From Acidilobaceae archaeon (GTDB lineage Archaea; Thermoproteota; Thermoprotei_A; Sulfolobales; Acidilobaceae), in the NCBI GenBank assembly GCA_026995555.1, contig JALWOJ010000162.1, positions 1 through 52,286 on the forward strand: a DNA stretch of 52,286 bases, read 5' to 3'. Within the stretch, counting starts at the first letter, position 1. Every line of letters begins with the position of its first letter. Shown here piece by piece: positions 10,540 to 20,618 of the stretch. The notes under the pieces were generated by a model. That model searched no databases, was not told where the DNA came from, and was given only the letters and a program-made list of their open reading frames with translations. The translations under genes and the position numbers were made by a program.

Positions 10540-10880
10540 GGGGTGAGATAGATATGAGTGAGGAAACTCACAGGTTTCAACATCCTGCAATAGTTTGTAG
10601 ATGTATGGACGTTACTCAGGAGGAAATGATTCAGACCTTCAATGCCATGGTCAAGTTCTTGGGCTCCTACGATGCAGACACCTACAGAAGAATGAGCGGG
10701 GCTGTCACAGGCTTTTGCCAGGGTAGAGGATGTCTTCAACATCTTCAAAGAATACTGGCTGGAAAGCTAAGAGAGATAGGAGTTCAAGTTGATCCAAATA
10801 AGCTTTTACCTAAAAGAAGGCCTCCTCTTCAACCAGTTCCTATGGGCCTATTCTATGATCCGGAGGCTGTTGAGCTATGA
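10536..10880 (+). CDS. BFD-like (2Fe-2S)-binding subunit
   Basis: IVCRCMDV and GFCQGRGC, RPPLQPV. Confidence 0.85.
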   Translation: MRGEIDMSEETHRFQHPAIVCRCMDVTQEEMIQTFNAMVKFLGSYDADTYRRMSGAVTGFCQGRGCLQHLQRILAGKLREIGVQVDPNKLLPKRRPPLQPVPMGLFYDPEAVEL

Positions 10881-12001
10881 AAAAGGTTGTAGTTATTGGA
10901 GGAGGTATAATAGGATCTGTTGTTGCTAGCGCTCTATCAGAGGCAGGAGCTAAAGTTTATCTTCTTGAGGCCAAGTACTTTACCTATGGATCTACAGGGA
11001 GATCTACAGGAAGCATAACCTCGCAACAAAGGCATCCACAGCTCGTTGAAAGGGCCATTGAGACTAAGAAGCTAATTCCTGAACTTAAGAAAAAATATGA
11101 AGAGTTAGGGGTTCCATTCGCTCAAAGATTCTTAGACGATGAAAGCCCTCACATAGCTATAGCATTTAACGAAAAAGATTATGAGGACCTTAAGAAGCTT
11201 GCTGAAATATGGTCCCAAGGGGGTGCTAAGGTAGAAGAGGCAGAGCCCTCGAAGGTAAAGGAGCTCGTTCCGTGGATCGATGAAAACAGCTTCTACAAAG
11301 CATTTATAACGCCTAATGATTACAAACTTATGCCACATCCATTCACCTGGGCAAACATAGCGGCTGCAAGGATCCTCGGCGCTGAAACTTACACCTACGA
11401 GCCTGTCGTAAAGATAGATGTGAAGGATAAGGTTCTCGTTGAGACGGAAAGTGGAAAGAAGTTTGAGGGAGACGTGGCCGTCATTGCAGCTGGAGCAAAG
11501 TCCCTAGAGCTGTTAAAGATGCTAAATGAAAAACTTAACATAGACGTAAAAAGTTACTATGCCGCTGGTATGGTAACGGAACCTTTCAAGTATGAAATGA
11601 GACCTACCATTAGAGTCTTTAAGCACTCATATAGGTTTACGCAGACCGTTAGAAAGGAGTATGTCGCAACCATAGATAACATGGGCTTTGAAAATCCTGA
11701 GTACTCAACCGAGGACAGCTACGAGTTTCTGGTAAAGGCGAGCACAATAACTGTGAAGCTCATGCCTCCAATGGCCTATGTTAACATACTCAGAAGCTGG
11801 GGAGCCTATTGTGACTACACTGAGGATGGACTGCCAATAGTAGGCTGGAGCCCCAAGTATGAGGGGAAGATATACTACATATTTGGATTTAATGACTATG
11901 GACTCAGCGTGGGCCCCTCAGTAGCCCGCAGAGCCGCTAAGGAGATAGCTGATGGGGTCAAGGATCCCGCCCTAGAACCCTATAGACCTTCAAGGAAGTA
12001 A
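10877..12001 (+). CDS. FAD-dependent amino-acid oxidoreductase (DAO family, beta subunit)
   Basis: VIGGGIIG, GSTGRSTG, ILRSWG, TEDGLPIVG. Confidence 0.85.
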   Translation: MKKVVVIGGGIIGSVVASALSEAGAKVYLLEAKYFTYGSTGRSTGSITSQQRHPQLVERAIETKKLIPELKKKYEELGVPFAQRFLDDESPHIAIAFNEKDYEDLKKLAEIWSQGGAKVEEAEPSKVKELVPWIDENSFYKAFITPNDYKLMPHPFTWANIAAARILGAETYTYEPVVKIDVKDKVLVETESGKKFEGDVAVIAAGAKSLELLKMLNEKLNIDVKSYYAAGMVTEPFKYEMRPTIRVFKHSYRFTQTVRKEYVATIDNMGFENPEYSTEDSYEFLVKASTITVKLMPPMAYVNILRSWGAYCDYTEDGLPIVGWSPKYEGKIYYIFGFNDYGLSVGPSVARRAAKEIADGVKDPALEPYRPSRK

Positions 12002-13018
12002 CCTCTGTACATAAACATCAACAACAAATATTTTTTGAAAAGGACTATATTCTTTAACCCTTCTAACTTTTACATCGTTTATTTCACACCTCAAGACTCT
12101 AAGCCTTTTCTCGACATCAGATATAAGGTCTCTGTCGCTCTCTGCAATTACATATATGTGAAGGAAGCCTTGTTTTGAAAGAAGGTTGCAGGCCTCACCT
12201 AAGAAGCTTAAGGAGTTCTTTGGGCTATTCATTATTACCCTGGTAAATGATGGCCTTAGAAGATAGGGCAGATCTTTAGCGTCAGCCTTCATAACAAGAA
12301 CCTTCCCTTTTAATTTCTTCAAATTTAGTTTAACGTTCATTGCCGCATAATAACTAGCATAAGGATTTATGTCTGTGGCCAGCACCTCCGCTCTTTTTAA
12401 GGAGGCTATGTGTATTGCAAAGGGGGCTATTCCCGAGAACATATCAAGGACCTTTTCCCCTTCTTCTACGATCTCTGCAAGCCTTCTGTGCTCCTCCGCA
12501 AGCCTTGGGTTTGCATAGGCCTTAGTTATGTCAACCCTAAACCTTAGCCCATACTCCTTAAACTCGGTTTCTGTAACATTTTCACCTGCTAAAAGCGTCA
12601 ATTCTGGTAGCCTGTAAGTACCTACAGTTCTCTGCTTGAGGTAAACAGCCTTTACGTTAGGATGCATAATCATTATCTTTTCAGCCAATTTTTTGTATAA
12701 GGAAATACCGTGATCTCTTCCCCTGCTTATTATTGCTATGTTTCCAATCAATGTATATGATGACAGGCCTAGAGCCTCCTCTTTAAGGATCTTCCGAGTG
12801 AGGTAAGCTTCAAAGGTCTCTTCACAGGGTTCAGCCTCAATTCCCAATGAGGTTGCGATACTCAGAGCCTTCTTTATATTAACCACAGGGAACAGAACTT
12901 CATCGTTAAAACTTTTCGGTTTTAAATCCTTTCTTAGTAAAGAAGAACTTAAAAGAATTTTTCTAAGCTTTTCGGCAACCCTTTTATTAACCTTAATACA
13001 GTCCGACTCTTTCTCCAT
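11990..13018 (-). CDS. tRNA methyltransferase, Trm5/Taw2 (Met-10+) family
   Basis: FKEYGLRFRVD, RLAEEHRR, VLDMFSGIAPF, DINP, RVIMN, YSP. Confidence 0.85.
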   Translation of the reverse strand: MEKESDCIKVNKRVAEKLRKILLSSSLLRKDLKPKSFNDEVLFPVVNIKKALSIATSLGIEAEPCEETFEAYLTRKILKEEALGLSSYTLIGNIAIISRGRDHGISLYKKLAEKIMIMHPNVKAVYLKQRTVGTYRLPELTLLAGENVTETEFKEYGLRFRVDITKAYANPRLAEEHRRLAEIVEEGEKVLDMFSGIAPFAIHIASLKRAEVLATDINPYASYYAAMNVKLNLKKLKGKVLVMKADAKDLPYLLRPSFTRVIMNSPKNSLSFLGEACNLLSKQGFLHIYVIAESDRDLISDVEKRLRVLRCEINDVKVRRVKEYSPFQKIFVVDVYVQRLLP

Positions 13019-13117
13019 TTTTACCTATACTCACCTCAAAGCTTTACCTATAAAGTTAAAGCAAATCAAGTTTTCTCTTAGAGACGTGGCGAGAGTAATC
13101 AGAAAGAGGGTTGAGGG

Positions 13118-13972
13118 TTGCCAGGAGGTCAAGATAATATAGGTATTATAGTTAAGCCTAGAAGCTCCGTTGCTGAAGAGGCCGCATTGAAAGCTATAAG
13201 GGCTTTAACGAGGAACAACGTTGAACCCCTCATTGAGGAAGACACGTGGAAAAATTACGAAAGTTTGAGAAGGTTTCCTAAATTTTCGATAGAAAGAAAT
13301 CCTCCAAGAAAAATAATTGTTGTGGGCGGTGATGGAACTCTTCTTTGGGCAACACAAAGGGTTTCAAGCCCAGAAGTCATATTCATGACTGTCAGGGCTG
13401 GAAAGAGAGGATTTCTTCTTGATGTTGAGCCGTATGAGATAGAGGAGAGGGTTCTGGACTTTATAATGGGTAAGTATAAAGTGTTCGAATATCCAAGACT
13501 TCAGGCATATATTGATGAGAGGAAGCTTCCATGTTCACTGAATGACGTGGTCATATTAACTAAGAAGGGAAGGCTTGTGAGGCTCACCCTTTATGCTAAC
13601 GGTTTTAAGGTATACGGAATAGATGGTGATGGAGTTGTAATCTCAACAACCTTGGGTTCGACAGGGTATAGCTTAAGTGCCGGAGGACCAATAATAGACC
13701 CCTCGCTTGATGTCATAGTTATCTCACCTCTCAACCCTGTTCAGCTTCACTTAAGGCCTGTCATCTTACCTCCTAATTATAGAGTGGACATAGAGATGAG
13801 ACCTGACTCCGGCAATGCGTACATAATCTGTGATGGACAATACTTAGAAGAGATAGGGCCTGGAACTAAGGTCTCTGTTGGGAGGTGCGAATATCCAACG
13901 AAAATAGCAAGATTTAAGTGGTGGGAGAACTATTATGAGAAGCTCTACACAAGGCTGCTCACCTACTGGTAA
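13118..13972 (+). CDS. nadK: NAD kinase
   Basis: GGDGT, LND, DGVVISTTLGSTGYSLSAGGP, DGQ. Confidence 0.95.
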   Translation: MPGGQDNIGIIVKPRSSVAEEAALKAIRALTRNNVEPLIEEDTWKNYESLRRFPKFSIERNPPRKIIVVGGDGTLLWATQRVSSPEVIFMTVRAGKRGFLLDVEPYEIEERVLDFIMGKYKVFEYPRLQAYIDERKLPCSLNDVVILTKKGRLVRLTLYANGFKVYGIDGDGVVISTTLGSTGYSLSAGGPIIDPSLDVIVISPLNPVQLHLRPVILPPNYRVDIEMRPDSGNAYIICDGQYLEEIGPGTKVSVGRCEYPTKIARFKWWENYYEKLYTRLLTYW

Positions 13973-14360
13973 AGTTGTTATCGATGATGCAGGCGCCATA
14001 TTTGCTGGACTTCCTCTAAGCCTTCCATTACCACAATACACGACCAGTCTCGTTGTAGAAGAAGTTAAGGATGAGGAGTCCAGGAAGGTCCTGGAAAGAG
14101 GGATTGTTCTTGAGAGGATTAAGGTTATCGATCCTCCAGCTGGTTACATCGATAAAGCCAGGACGTTGGCCAAGTCATTTAATACACTAAATAAGCTTAG
14201 CAAGACTGATCTTCAAGTGTTTGCCCTTGCCCTTTATTTAAGCGAGGAAACTAATTGTGAGGTACTAGTTGCTACTGATGACTATGCACTTCAGCATACC
14301 GTAACTTCCGCTGGCCTAAAGATAATCAAGGTTAGATACAAAGGAATAAGGATTAGTTAG
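13935..14360 (+). CDS. Nob1-like PIN endonuclease lacking the zinc ribbon
   Basis: VVEEVKD, LSKTDLQVFALAL, TDDYALQ, ends at KGI. Confidence 0.8.
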   Translation: MRSSTQGCSPTGKVVIDDAGAIFAGLPLSLPLPQYTTSLVVEEVKDEESRKVLERGIVLERIKVIDPPAGYIDKARTLAKSFNTLNKLSKTDLQVFALALYLSEETNCEVLVATDDYALQHTVTSAGLKIIKVRYKGIRIS

Positions 14361-14394
14361 CTTAACGTCAGGGATATACCTGCAGAACGACATA

Positions 14395-15234
14395 ATGTTA
14401 TATTTAGGTGTAAGGGCTTTGCCTAAAAAAGTCGAGAGGCCGTTGATAGAGAGATTAAAAACTGGAGTTCCAGGCTTTGATAAGCTAATAGCCGGAGGAA
14501 TTCCAAGAGGTTTCTTCGTGGCGGTTGTCGGGGAGCCTGGTACAGGAAAGACCGTATTTAGCATTCACTTTGCGTGGAAGGGAATAGAGGATGGTGACAA
14601 GGTGGTCTACGTTACTACAGAGGAAAGCAGGGAGAGCATAATAAGACAGGCGGAGATGTTTGGAATGGACTTTTCTAGAGCCATAGCTGACAACAAGCTC
14701 ATAATAATTGATGCTTTAATGAAGTCCCAGAAGGATGAGTGGACCCTAGAGGAGCTTAGTGTTGAGGAGCTAATTAATAAGGTCATAGAGGCTAAAAAGG
14801 TTCTAGGATACGGAAGGGCTAGATTAATAATAGACAGCATGAGTGCCTTCTGGCTCGATAAACCAGCCATGGCTAGGAAGTATAGTTATATGGTGAAAAG
14901 GATCCTGTACAGATGGGACTTCACCACCCTAATGGTAAGCCAATATGCTGTCACCACAAGCTATGCCTTTGGCTGGGGAGTTGAACACGTTGCCGACGGA
15001 ATAATAAGGTTTAGAAGAGGAATTAAGAAGGGTGTGCTTAAGAGATACGTCATTGTAGAGAAGATGAGGCAGACTCCTCATGATCTCAGGATGTATGAAA
15101 TCGACATTGTTGACGGGAAGGGAATGATAATACTTAGACCTACAGAGATGAGAAAGGAGGATGTTGTTCTTCCTTACGAGGTCCAGAAGAAAATAATTGA
15201 AAACATTAAAAAGGAGGAGGAAGAGCTACCGTAA
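14395..15234 (+). CDS. KaiC-domain RecA-superfamily ATPase
   Basis: TGVPGFD, GEPGTGKT, TTEE, IIDS, VEHVADGII, VEKMR. Confidence 0.92.
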   Translation: MLYLGVRALPKKVERPLIERLKTGVPGFDKLIAGGIPRGFFVAVVGEPGTGKTVFSIHFAWKGIEDGDKVVYVTTEESRESIIRQAEMFGMDFSRAIADNKLIIIDALMKSQKDEWTLEELSVEELINKVIEAKKVLGYGRARLIIDSMSAFWLDKPAMARKYSYMVKRILYRWDFTTLMVSQYAVTTSYAFGWGVEHVADGIIRFRRGIKKGVLKRYVIVEKMRQTPHDLRMYEIDIVDGKGMIILRPTEMRKEDVVLPYEVQKKIIENIKKEEEELP

Positions 15235-15243
15235 AAATTTAGG

Positions 15244-16479
15244 TTACTTTAATATGTTATGCTTTCTATTGTACACATGCTTTAGGTGCCTTATCATTTC
15301 ATGCAGAGGAATGTCCATGGGACACACCTCAGTGCACCTTCCGCACAGAAGGCATAGGTGAGCAAGCTCTGAAGCCTCCTCCTCTCCAATGGTTATTGCA
15401 GTCCAGTTTATTCCCATAGGCCCTCCATAAACAGGGCCGCCCCATACATTTGCTGTTATTCTCCACACTGGGCACTCCATCAAACATCTTCCACACTTTA
15501 GACATCTAAGCTGCTCCCTAAGGAACTCATTACTCAGCGCCCTTCTTCTGCCGTTGTCAACAAGAACCACGTAAAGCTCTACAGGACCTTGAGCCCCAAA
15601 AACTCTCTGCTGCTCTATATCAGCTGTACTGCTCGGTCCAGCTATTATATCAATGTATGTTGGGGGATAGATGGCTATGTTTGCCGCCTGAACCATTATC
15701 GTTTTAAACGCGTCAAGCATTGAAGGAACTATCTTCTCTATTCCTGTAACAACTATGTGCTTTGGAGGAAGGCCCGTGACAAGCCTTATGTTTCCCTCAT
15801 TTTCAACCAGGAAAATGGCTCCTGTATCGGCAGCTATAGAATTAGCGCCGCTAATTCCAACGTCTGCATTTTTTATCTTGGTCCTTAGAAACTCCCTAAC
15901 CCTTTTAACTATGTTCTCAACCTTTTCGGTCTCAGAAACCTCTATCCCTAACCTCTCTCGAAGAAGCCTAGCAGCCCTCTTTCTCGAGATGTGAATGGCC
16001 GGAGCTATTGGATGCATGGGCTTTCCTTTCTCTAGCTGAACCAAGAACTGACCAAGATCCGTTTCCCAGACCTCGTTACCAATATCCTCTAAGTGTTCTC
16101 TAAGTCCCAGCTCCTCCGCAATCATGCTTTTACTCATAACCACGAGCTTATTGGTACCCACAATCTTACCGACGATTTCTCTAGCATCATCTGCAGTCTC
16201 CGCTACATAAACTTGAGCACCAATTCTTTTCATGGAGTTTATTGCCATTTCTAAATACTCGTCCAGGTTCTCTAGAACCTTCTTCTTGATCTCCCTAACT
16301 TCCTCAGCCAACCTCTCTATTTCTGGGTGATTTTTGAGAACCTCTCTGACCTTAACCTCAAAGTTTCTGACAGAGACCTGAACTCCTTTTTGAAACTCCT
16401 CATCCTTCATAACGTTTAAGATGTTCTCTAAAACGTCCTCAAACCTTATTCTGACCCTTTTAATAGACATTATGCTCAC
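15244..16479 (-). CDS. lutB: Lactate utilization protein B (LUD + 4Fe-4S)
   Basis: SKSM, ETDLG, ENEGN, GIEKIVP, GPSSTADIE, CLKCGRCxxxCP, CLLCGRCxxxCP. Confidence 0.85.
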   Translation of the reverse strand: MSIMSIKRVRIRFEDVLENILNVMKDEEFQKGVQVSVRNFEVKVREVLKNHPEIERLAEEVREIKKKVLENLDEYLEMAINSMKRIGAQVYVAETADDAREIVGKIVGTNKLVVMSKSMIAEELGLREHLEDIGNEVWETDLGQFLVQLEKGKPMHPIAPAIHISRKRAARLLRERLGIEVSETEKVENIVKRVREFLRTKIKNADVGISGANSIAADTGAIFLVENEGNIRLVTGLPPKHIVVTGIEKIVPSMLDAFKTIMVQAANIAIYPPTYIDIIAGPSSTADIEQQRVFGAQGPVELYVVLVDNGRRRALSNEFLREQLRCLKCGRCLMECPVWRITANVWGGPVYGGPMGINWTAITIGEEEASELAHLCLLCGRCTEVCPMDIPLHEMIRHLKHVYNRKHNILK

Positions 16480-16483
16480 CTCA

Positions 16484-17434
16484 TTAAAGATACGCTCTAG
16501 CTAAATACTCTGAAATGTCCCCTATCTTGACATCCTTAGGTGCAACTCTTCTCAGGTTGGCAAAACATATCGGACATAGGGTTACTATGTTGCTAGATAC
16601 GCTCTTAAGCTCGGAAATTCTGGCCGATGCAACTCCCTTAGCCAGCCCTGGAGCTACAGACTCCAAGAGACCTCCACAACAATAGGTCAGTCTTCTACTG
16701 TTAGGAGGTTCCAGAACTGTATACCCTGCCTCCTCAAGAAGCCTTCTGGGTTCCTCAATTATATTCTCAAACCTAGCATATAGGCAAGGGTCGTGGATCA
16801 CCAACCTTTCATTAATCGACCTTTTAGGTCTTAAAACCCCTTCATCGAGCCTCTCAGCAAGAACCTCAAGATAACTCTTAACCTCTAAGTCGTAATTTTC
16901 CACATATTTAGGAGCTATGCTTCTTAAAATGTTTGTAGAATGAGGATCTACTGTAATAACCTTCTTAGCGCCGCTCTCTTTCAACACCTTGTAAACCTTA
17001 TTTATGTGCTCAGAGAAGGTTTCGTCTAGACCGAAATCGTACAGAAGAGCTCCATTGTACAGCTCCTTCTCATAGAGGAATGCTATGTTTATATTAGAAC
17101 TTATCAGTAGCTTCACTATGTTTTCAAGAACTGACCTGGAGAACTTTCTCAGGTCCTCCCTAGGCCTCAAAACAGTTTTGGCCAAGGACGACAATGCTAA
17201 AGTTACTTTACCCAACTTTAAGAGTGACGACCTTTTTTCTAGGAGCTCAACCAGAGGCTCTATGTAGGGGACTAGTTGATAGAGTCCTCCTGTATATAAT
17301 ATTACTTCTCCCTTCCTGGGTAGTGAGAACTTCTCGGCCCACGAGTAAATTTCTTTTTCTGGCACAGGGAATGGATAACCATGCTTCTTAGAGAAGTCAT
17401 TTATTACTGAGAGAATCGTAGATAAGTTTACCAA
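16484..17434 (-). CDS. CCG-domain Fe-S protein (LutA/GlcF C-terminal-like)
   Basis: ITVDPH, HDPCLYAR, CCGG, TLCPICFANL. Confidence 0.85.
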   Translation of the reverse strand: MVNLSTILSVINDFSKKHGYPFPVPEKEIYSWAEKFSLPRKGEVILYTGGLYQLVPYIEPLVELLEKRSSLLKLGKVTLALSSLAKTVLRPREDLRKFSRSVLENIVKLLISSNINIAFLYEKELYNGALLYDFGLDETFSEHINKVYKVLKESGAKKVITVDPHSTNILRSIAPKYVENYDLEVKSYLEVLAERLDEGVLRPKRSINERLVIHDPCLYARFENIIEEPRRLLEEAGYTVLEPPNSRRLTYCCGGLLESVAPGLAKGVASARISELKSVSSNIVTLCPICFANLRRVAPKDVKIGDISEYLARAYL

Positions 17435-17596
17435 TCCTTTATCACCTTCTCTCCTCCCTGTTACTTTTAACTTTTTGCTAAACTTTATTTTTCAGTCATA
17501 AAGCTTTCAATTCCTTCTTTTCAGAAATGCAGAACTTTCTTTAAACACAAGAATAATTCCCTTTAAGCTCTCTCATAGTTAAGGAGGCAGAGCAAG

Positions 17597-19024
17597 GTGG
17601 AGAAGGATAAAATAGTTAGAGACATCTCAAAGCTTATAGGGAAAGATAAGGTCTCGGGAGATGAGGCGCTTCTAAGCATCTATTCTAAAGATCCTTTGGG
17701 CAATGTAGGTAAGGCCTTGGCAGTAGTCTTTCCTGAGGAGTCTAAAGATGTCTCAAGGGTTGTTAGCTATGCCTATAAAAACGACATTAAGATCTATGCT
17801 CAGGGATCTTCAACGAGCCTAGCAGGATCATCCCTTCCTAAGGAGCCCGGAATTGTGATCAGCTTTGAAAGGATGAAAAAGGTTCTTGAGGTAAGCCTTG
17901 TTAATAGTTATGTTCTCGTCGAGCCCGGTATTAGGATAGACGATCTTAACCTCGAGCTCGGTTCTAAGGGGTACATGTTCCCCGTCGATCCTGCAAGTTC
18001 GAGTGTTGCCACCGTTGGAGGGGCTATAAACAGCGGGGCTGGAGGGATGAGAGGGGCTAAGTATGGAACTATGAGAGACTGGGTGCTCGGGCTAGAAATA
18101 GTTCTCCCTGATGAGAATGGGACAATAGCCTTTGCTGGATGCAAGACCCTCAAGTGTAGACAGGGCTATGATCTTGTTAGACTTATAGTTGGAAGTGAAG
18201 GAACGCTCGCACTAGTTACAAAAGCTTATCTGAAAATAACCCCCCTTCCAGAAACCGTGATAGTTGCCCTTGCATTCTTCCCAAGGCTTGAGAATCTCAT
18301 GGAGGCTGTTGTTGACATAAAGTCTCAGAGGGTTCAGCCTTACATTCTTGAATTTCTTGAGAAAAGGACGGCTGAAGTGGCAGCAAAATCTATAGGAAGA
18401 AGCATCAATATTGATGGTCACATGCTTTTAGCTGGGATAGATGTTAATAGAGAGGCTGTTGATAGATATGTGGAGTGGATAGAAAAACTTCTTAAAGAAC
18501 ATGGAGGTAAAGGAATCCAGACTGCAAGAAGCTGGCAGGAGGCGGAGGAAAGAGGGCTCTTTGACATAAGGAGATCCCTCTTCGTTGCCCAGAGTAAAAT
18601 GGCAAGGGAGATCTACAAGAACGTGAATAATGCTAAGATCATGCTTTTGATCGAGGACATAGCAGTTCCTCCTTCTAGACTGATAGAGGCCGTTAAGGGA
18701 CTTAAGGAGCTTGAGAAGAAGCACGGGTTTGTGACCATGCTTGGAGGACATGTTGGTGATGGAAACCTTCATCCATCTATAGGCTTTAACATGCTGGACC
18801 CCGAGGAGACTAAGAGGGCGGAAAGGTGGTTTGAAGATCTTGTAGACCTTGCAATAAGCTTAGATGGAACTGTGAGCTCGGAGCATGGAATAGGTATAAC
18901 GAAAAAGGAGGCGTTGAGGAGGGAGCTTGAAGCTAGAGGGTCACTGAAGCTACTTGAGATCATGAAGGATATAAAGAAGGTCTTCGACCCGAAGAACATC
19001 CTAAATCCTGGAAAGGTGGTTTAG
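17597..19024 (+). CDS. FAD-linked oxidase, GlcD/D-lactate dehydrogenase family
   Basis: FPVDPAS, ATVGG, KYG, GYDL, GSEGTLA, HVGDGNLH, SEHGIG, FDPKNILNPGK. Confidence 0.92.
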   Translation: MEKDKIVRDISKLIGKDKVSGDEALLSIYSKDPLGNVGKALAVVFPEESKDVSRVVSYAYKNDIKIYAQGSSTSLAGSSLPKEPGIVISFERMKKVLEVSLVNSYVLVEPGIRIDDLNLELGSKGYMFPVDPASSSVATVGGAINSGAGGMRGAKYGTMRDWVLGLEIVLPDENGTIAFAGCKTLKCRQGYDLVRLIVGSEGTLALVTKAYLKITPLPETVIVALAFFPRLENLMEAVVDIKSQRVQPYILEFLEKRTAEVAAKSIGRSINIDGHMLLAGIDVNREAVDRYVEWIEKLLKEHGGKGIQTARSWQEAEERGLFDIRRSLFVAQSKMAREIYKNVNNAKIMLLIEDIAVPPSRLIEAVKGLKELEKKHGFVTMLGGHVGDGNLHPSIGFNMLDPEETKRAERWFEDLVDLAISLDGTVSSEHGIGITKKEALRRELEARGSLKLLEIMKDIKKVFDPKNILNPGKVV

Positions 19025-19354
19025 GTGCTAGAGGATTTGAGGGAGTGGATAAAGGAGGAGGCGTCCAAGTGCATGTTCTGCGGGTTCTGCGAGACCGTCT
19101 GCCCTACAATTAAGTTTGGACCCCATAGAGGTTACGGTCCTAGAGGGAGGGTTAACATAGCCCTTTACATAAGTGAAGGGGGCAAATATACAGAAGAGGC
19201 TCTAAGCTCCCTCTATAGTTGCCTTCTTTGCGCTGCATGTACCCTTAAGTGTCCAGCCAACATAGACATACCTGAGATAGTCAGGGCTTCAAGAGTTCTT
19301 TACTCAGAAGATAGCCTCAAGGAGGCGATTGTGGTTGAAAAGAAGGTTTCTTGA
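19025..19354 (+). CDS. 4Fe-4S dicluster protein (GlcF N-terminal-like)
   Basis: CMFCGFCxxxCPT, PRGR, CLLCAACxxxCP. Confidence 0.88.
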   Translation: MLEDLREWIKEEASKCMFCGFCETVCPTIKFGPHRGYGPRGRVNIALYISEGGKYTEEALSSLYSCLLCAACTLKCPANIDIPEIVRASRVLYSEDSLKEAIVVEKKVS

Positions 19355-20309
19355 CGTAGTTTTAGATACGATGAGAACCCTTACAATAAAAACAGGGTAT
19401 CCCGTCCCGATAAGCAGGAGCGATGTATATTCCTGGGCTCGAGAACTTAATCTGAAGGCTAAGGGACCTGTTGTCCTCTACACAGGTGCTCTATATCAAA
19501 TAATGCCTTATCTAGAGTCCCTAGTCTCCATTCTTAAGAGGGCCAAGGAGAGCAGAACGTTCCTAGAGCTCATGGGCCTGGGAAAGCGATTCGCGTCCTC
19601 ATCTTTAGTAAAGACATTTATAAAGGTTGATAAGGTAAAGGTGGCCACATCAAATGCCATTCTGAGGAGCATAGTTCTTCTCCTTAAAGAGGTTGGTGTA
19701 GAACCTTCATATCTATATGAAAACGATCTTTATAGCGGAGTCCTCCTCTATGATCTAGGCCTCAGCGAAACCTTCCTTCTACAGGCGAAGAGGGTTTATA
19801 AGGTCTTTAAGGAGCGCGGAGTGAAGAAGATAATAACCGTTGACCCCCATACTACCTATGTCCTTAGGAACGTTTATCCAAAGTTTATTGAAGGTTTTGA
19901 CCTAGAGGTACAGAGCTATATTGAAATATTGTCGGAGAGGATCGAGAGGAAGAGGCCAAAGGAAACGGTTGAGGTTGTAATTCACGACCCCTGCTTTTAC
20001 GCTAGATATCAAAACATAGTTGAGGAGCCGAGGAAGATCCTCGAGGCCTCGGGGATCAAAGTACTTGAACCGAGGAGGACCAGAAGGTTTACCTCCTGCT
20101 GCGGGGGACCAGTAGAGGCCCTTTATCCAGATCTTTCTAGGGCTGTCGCAATGGACAGGATTAGGGAGCTCTCTTCAATATCTAAAACTATTGTAACCCT
20201 CTGCCCTATATGCTTCTCAAACCTTTCAAGAGTCAAACCTCAAAACGTGGAAGTGATTGATTTAGCTCTTTTAGTTGCCAAGGTTAGAGGGCTGATGCTA
20301 GGTAAATGA
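19329..20309 (+). CDS. CCG-domain Fe-S protein, paralog of 16484-17434
   Basis: ITVDPH, HDPCFYAR, CCGG, TLCPICFSNL. Confidence 0.85.
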   Translation: MWLKRRFLDVVLDTMRTLTIKTGYPVPISRSDVYSWARELNLKAKGPVVLYTGALYQIMPYLESLVSILKRAKESRTFLELMGLGKRFASSSLVKTFIKVDKVKVATSNAILRSIVLLLKEVGVEPSYLYENDLYSGVLLYDLGLSETFLLQAKRVYKVFKERGVKKIITVDPHTTYVLRNVYPKFIEGFDLEVQSYIEILSERIERKRPKETVEVVIHDPCFYARYQNIVEEPRKILEASGIKVLEPRRTRRFTSCCGGPVEALYPDLSRAVAMDRIRELSSISKTIVTLCPICFSNLSRVKPQNVEVIDLALLVAKVRGLMLGK

Positions 20310-20369
20310 TTAAGTATAATATTGTTCTGCATGCATTGTATATATCTGGGTATATATCTGGTGTAGCTT

Positions 20370-20618
20370 TTGACAGAATACACAAGCATAAGAGTACGAA
20401 GGGATACAAAGAAGCTTCTTGAAAAAATCCTTATAGATTTTGAAACCAAGCTTGGAAGGAGGCTGGACTATGATGAACTAATACGAATCCTAGCCCTCCA
20501 AGCTCAGGCTAAGCCGCAACTATTGAGGCTTCTCTTACAGAATCCTGTTAGAGAGCATGATACTGATAGAGCACAACACCTCTTACGAAGTGAAAGAAGG
20601 AGGGATACAAGATTTTGA
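20370..20618 (+). CDS. Putative VapB-type antitoxin (RHH-like)
   Basis: TSIRVRRDTKKLL...DYDELIR; overlaps the start of the PIN gene. Confidence 0.7.
   Translation: MTEYTSIRVRRDTKKLLEKILIDFETKLGRRLDYDELIRILALQAQAKPQLLRLLLQNPVREHDTDRAQHLLRSERRRDTRF

Noticed and set aside
14361..14426. FRCKGF after the Nob1 stop as a zinc-ribbon remnant
   Set aside because: Only one Cys, and it coincides with the RBS of the next gene
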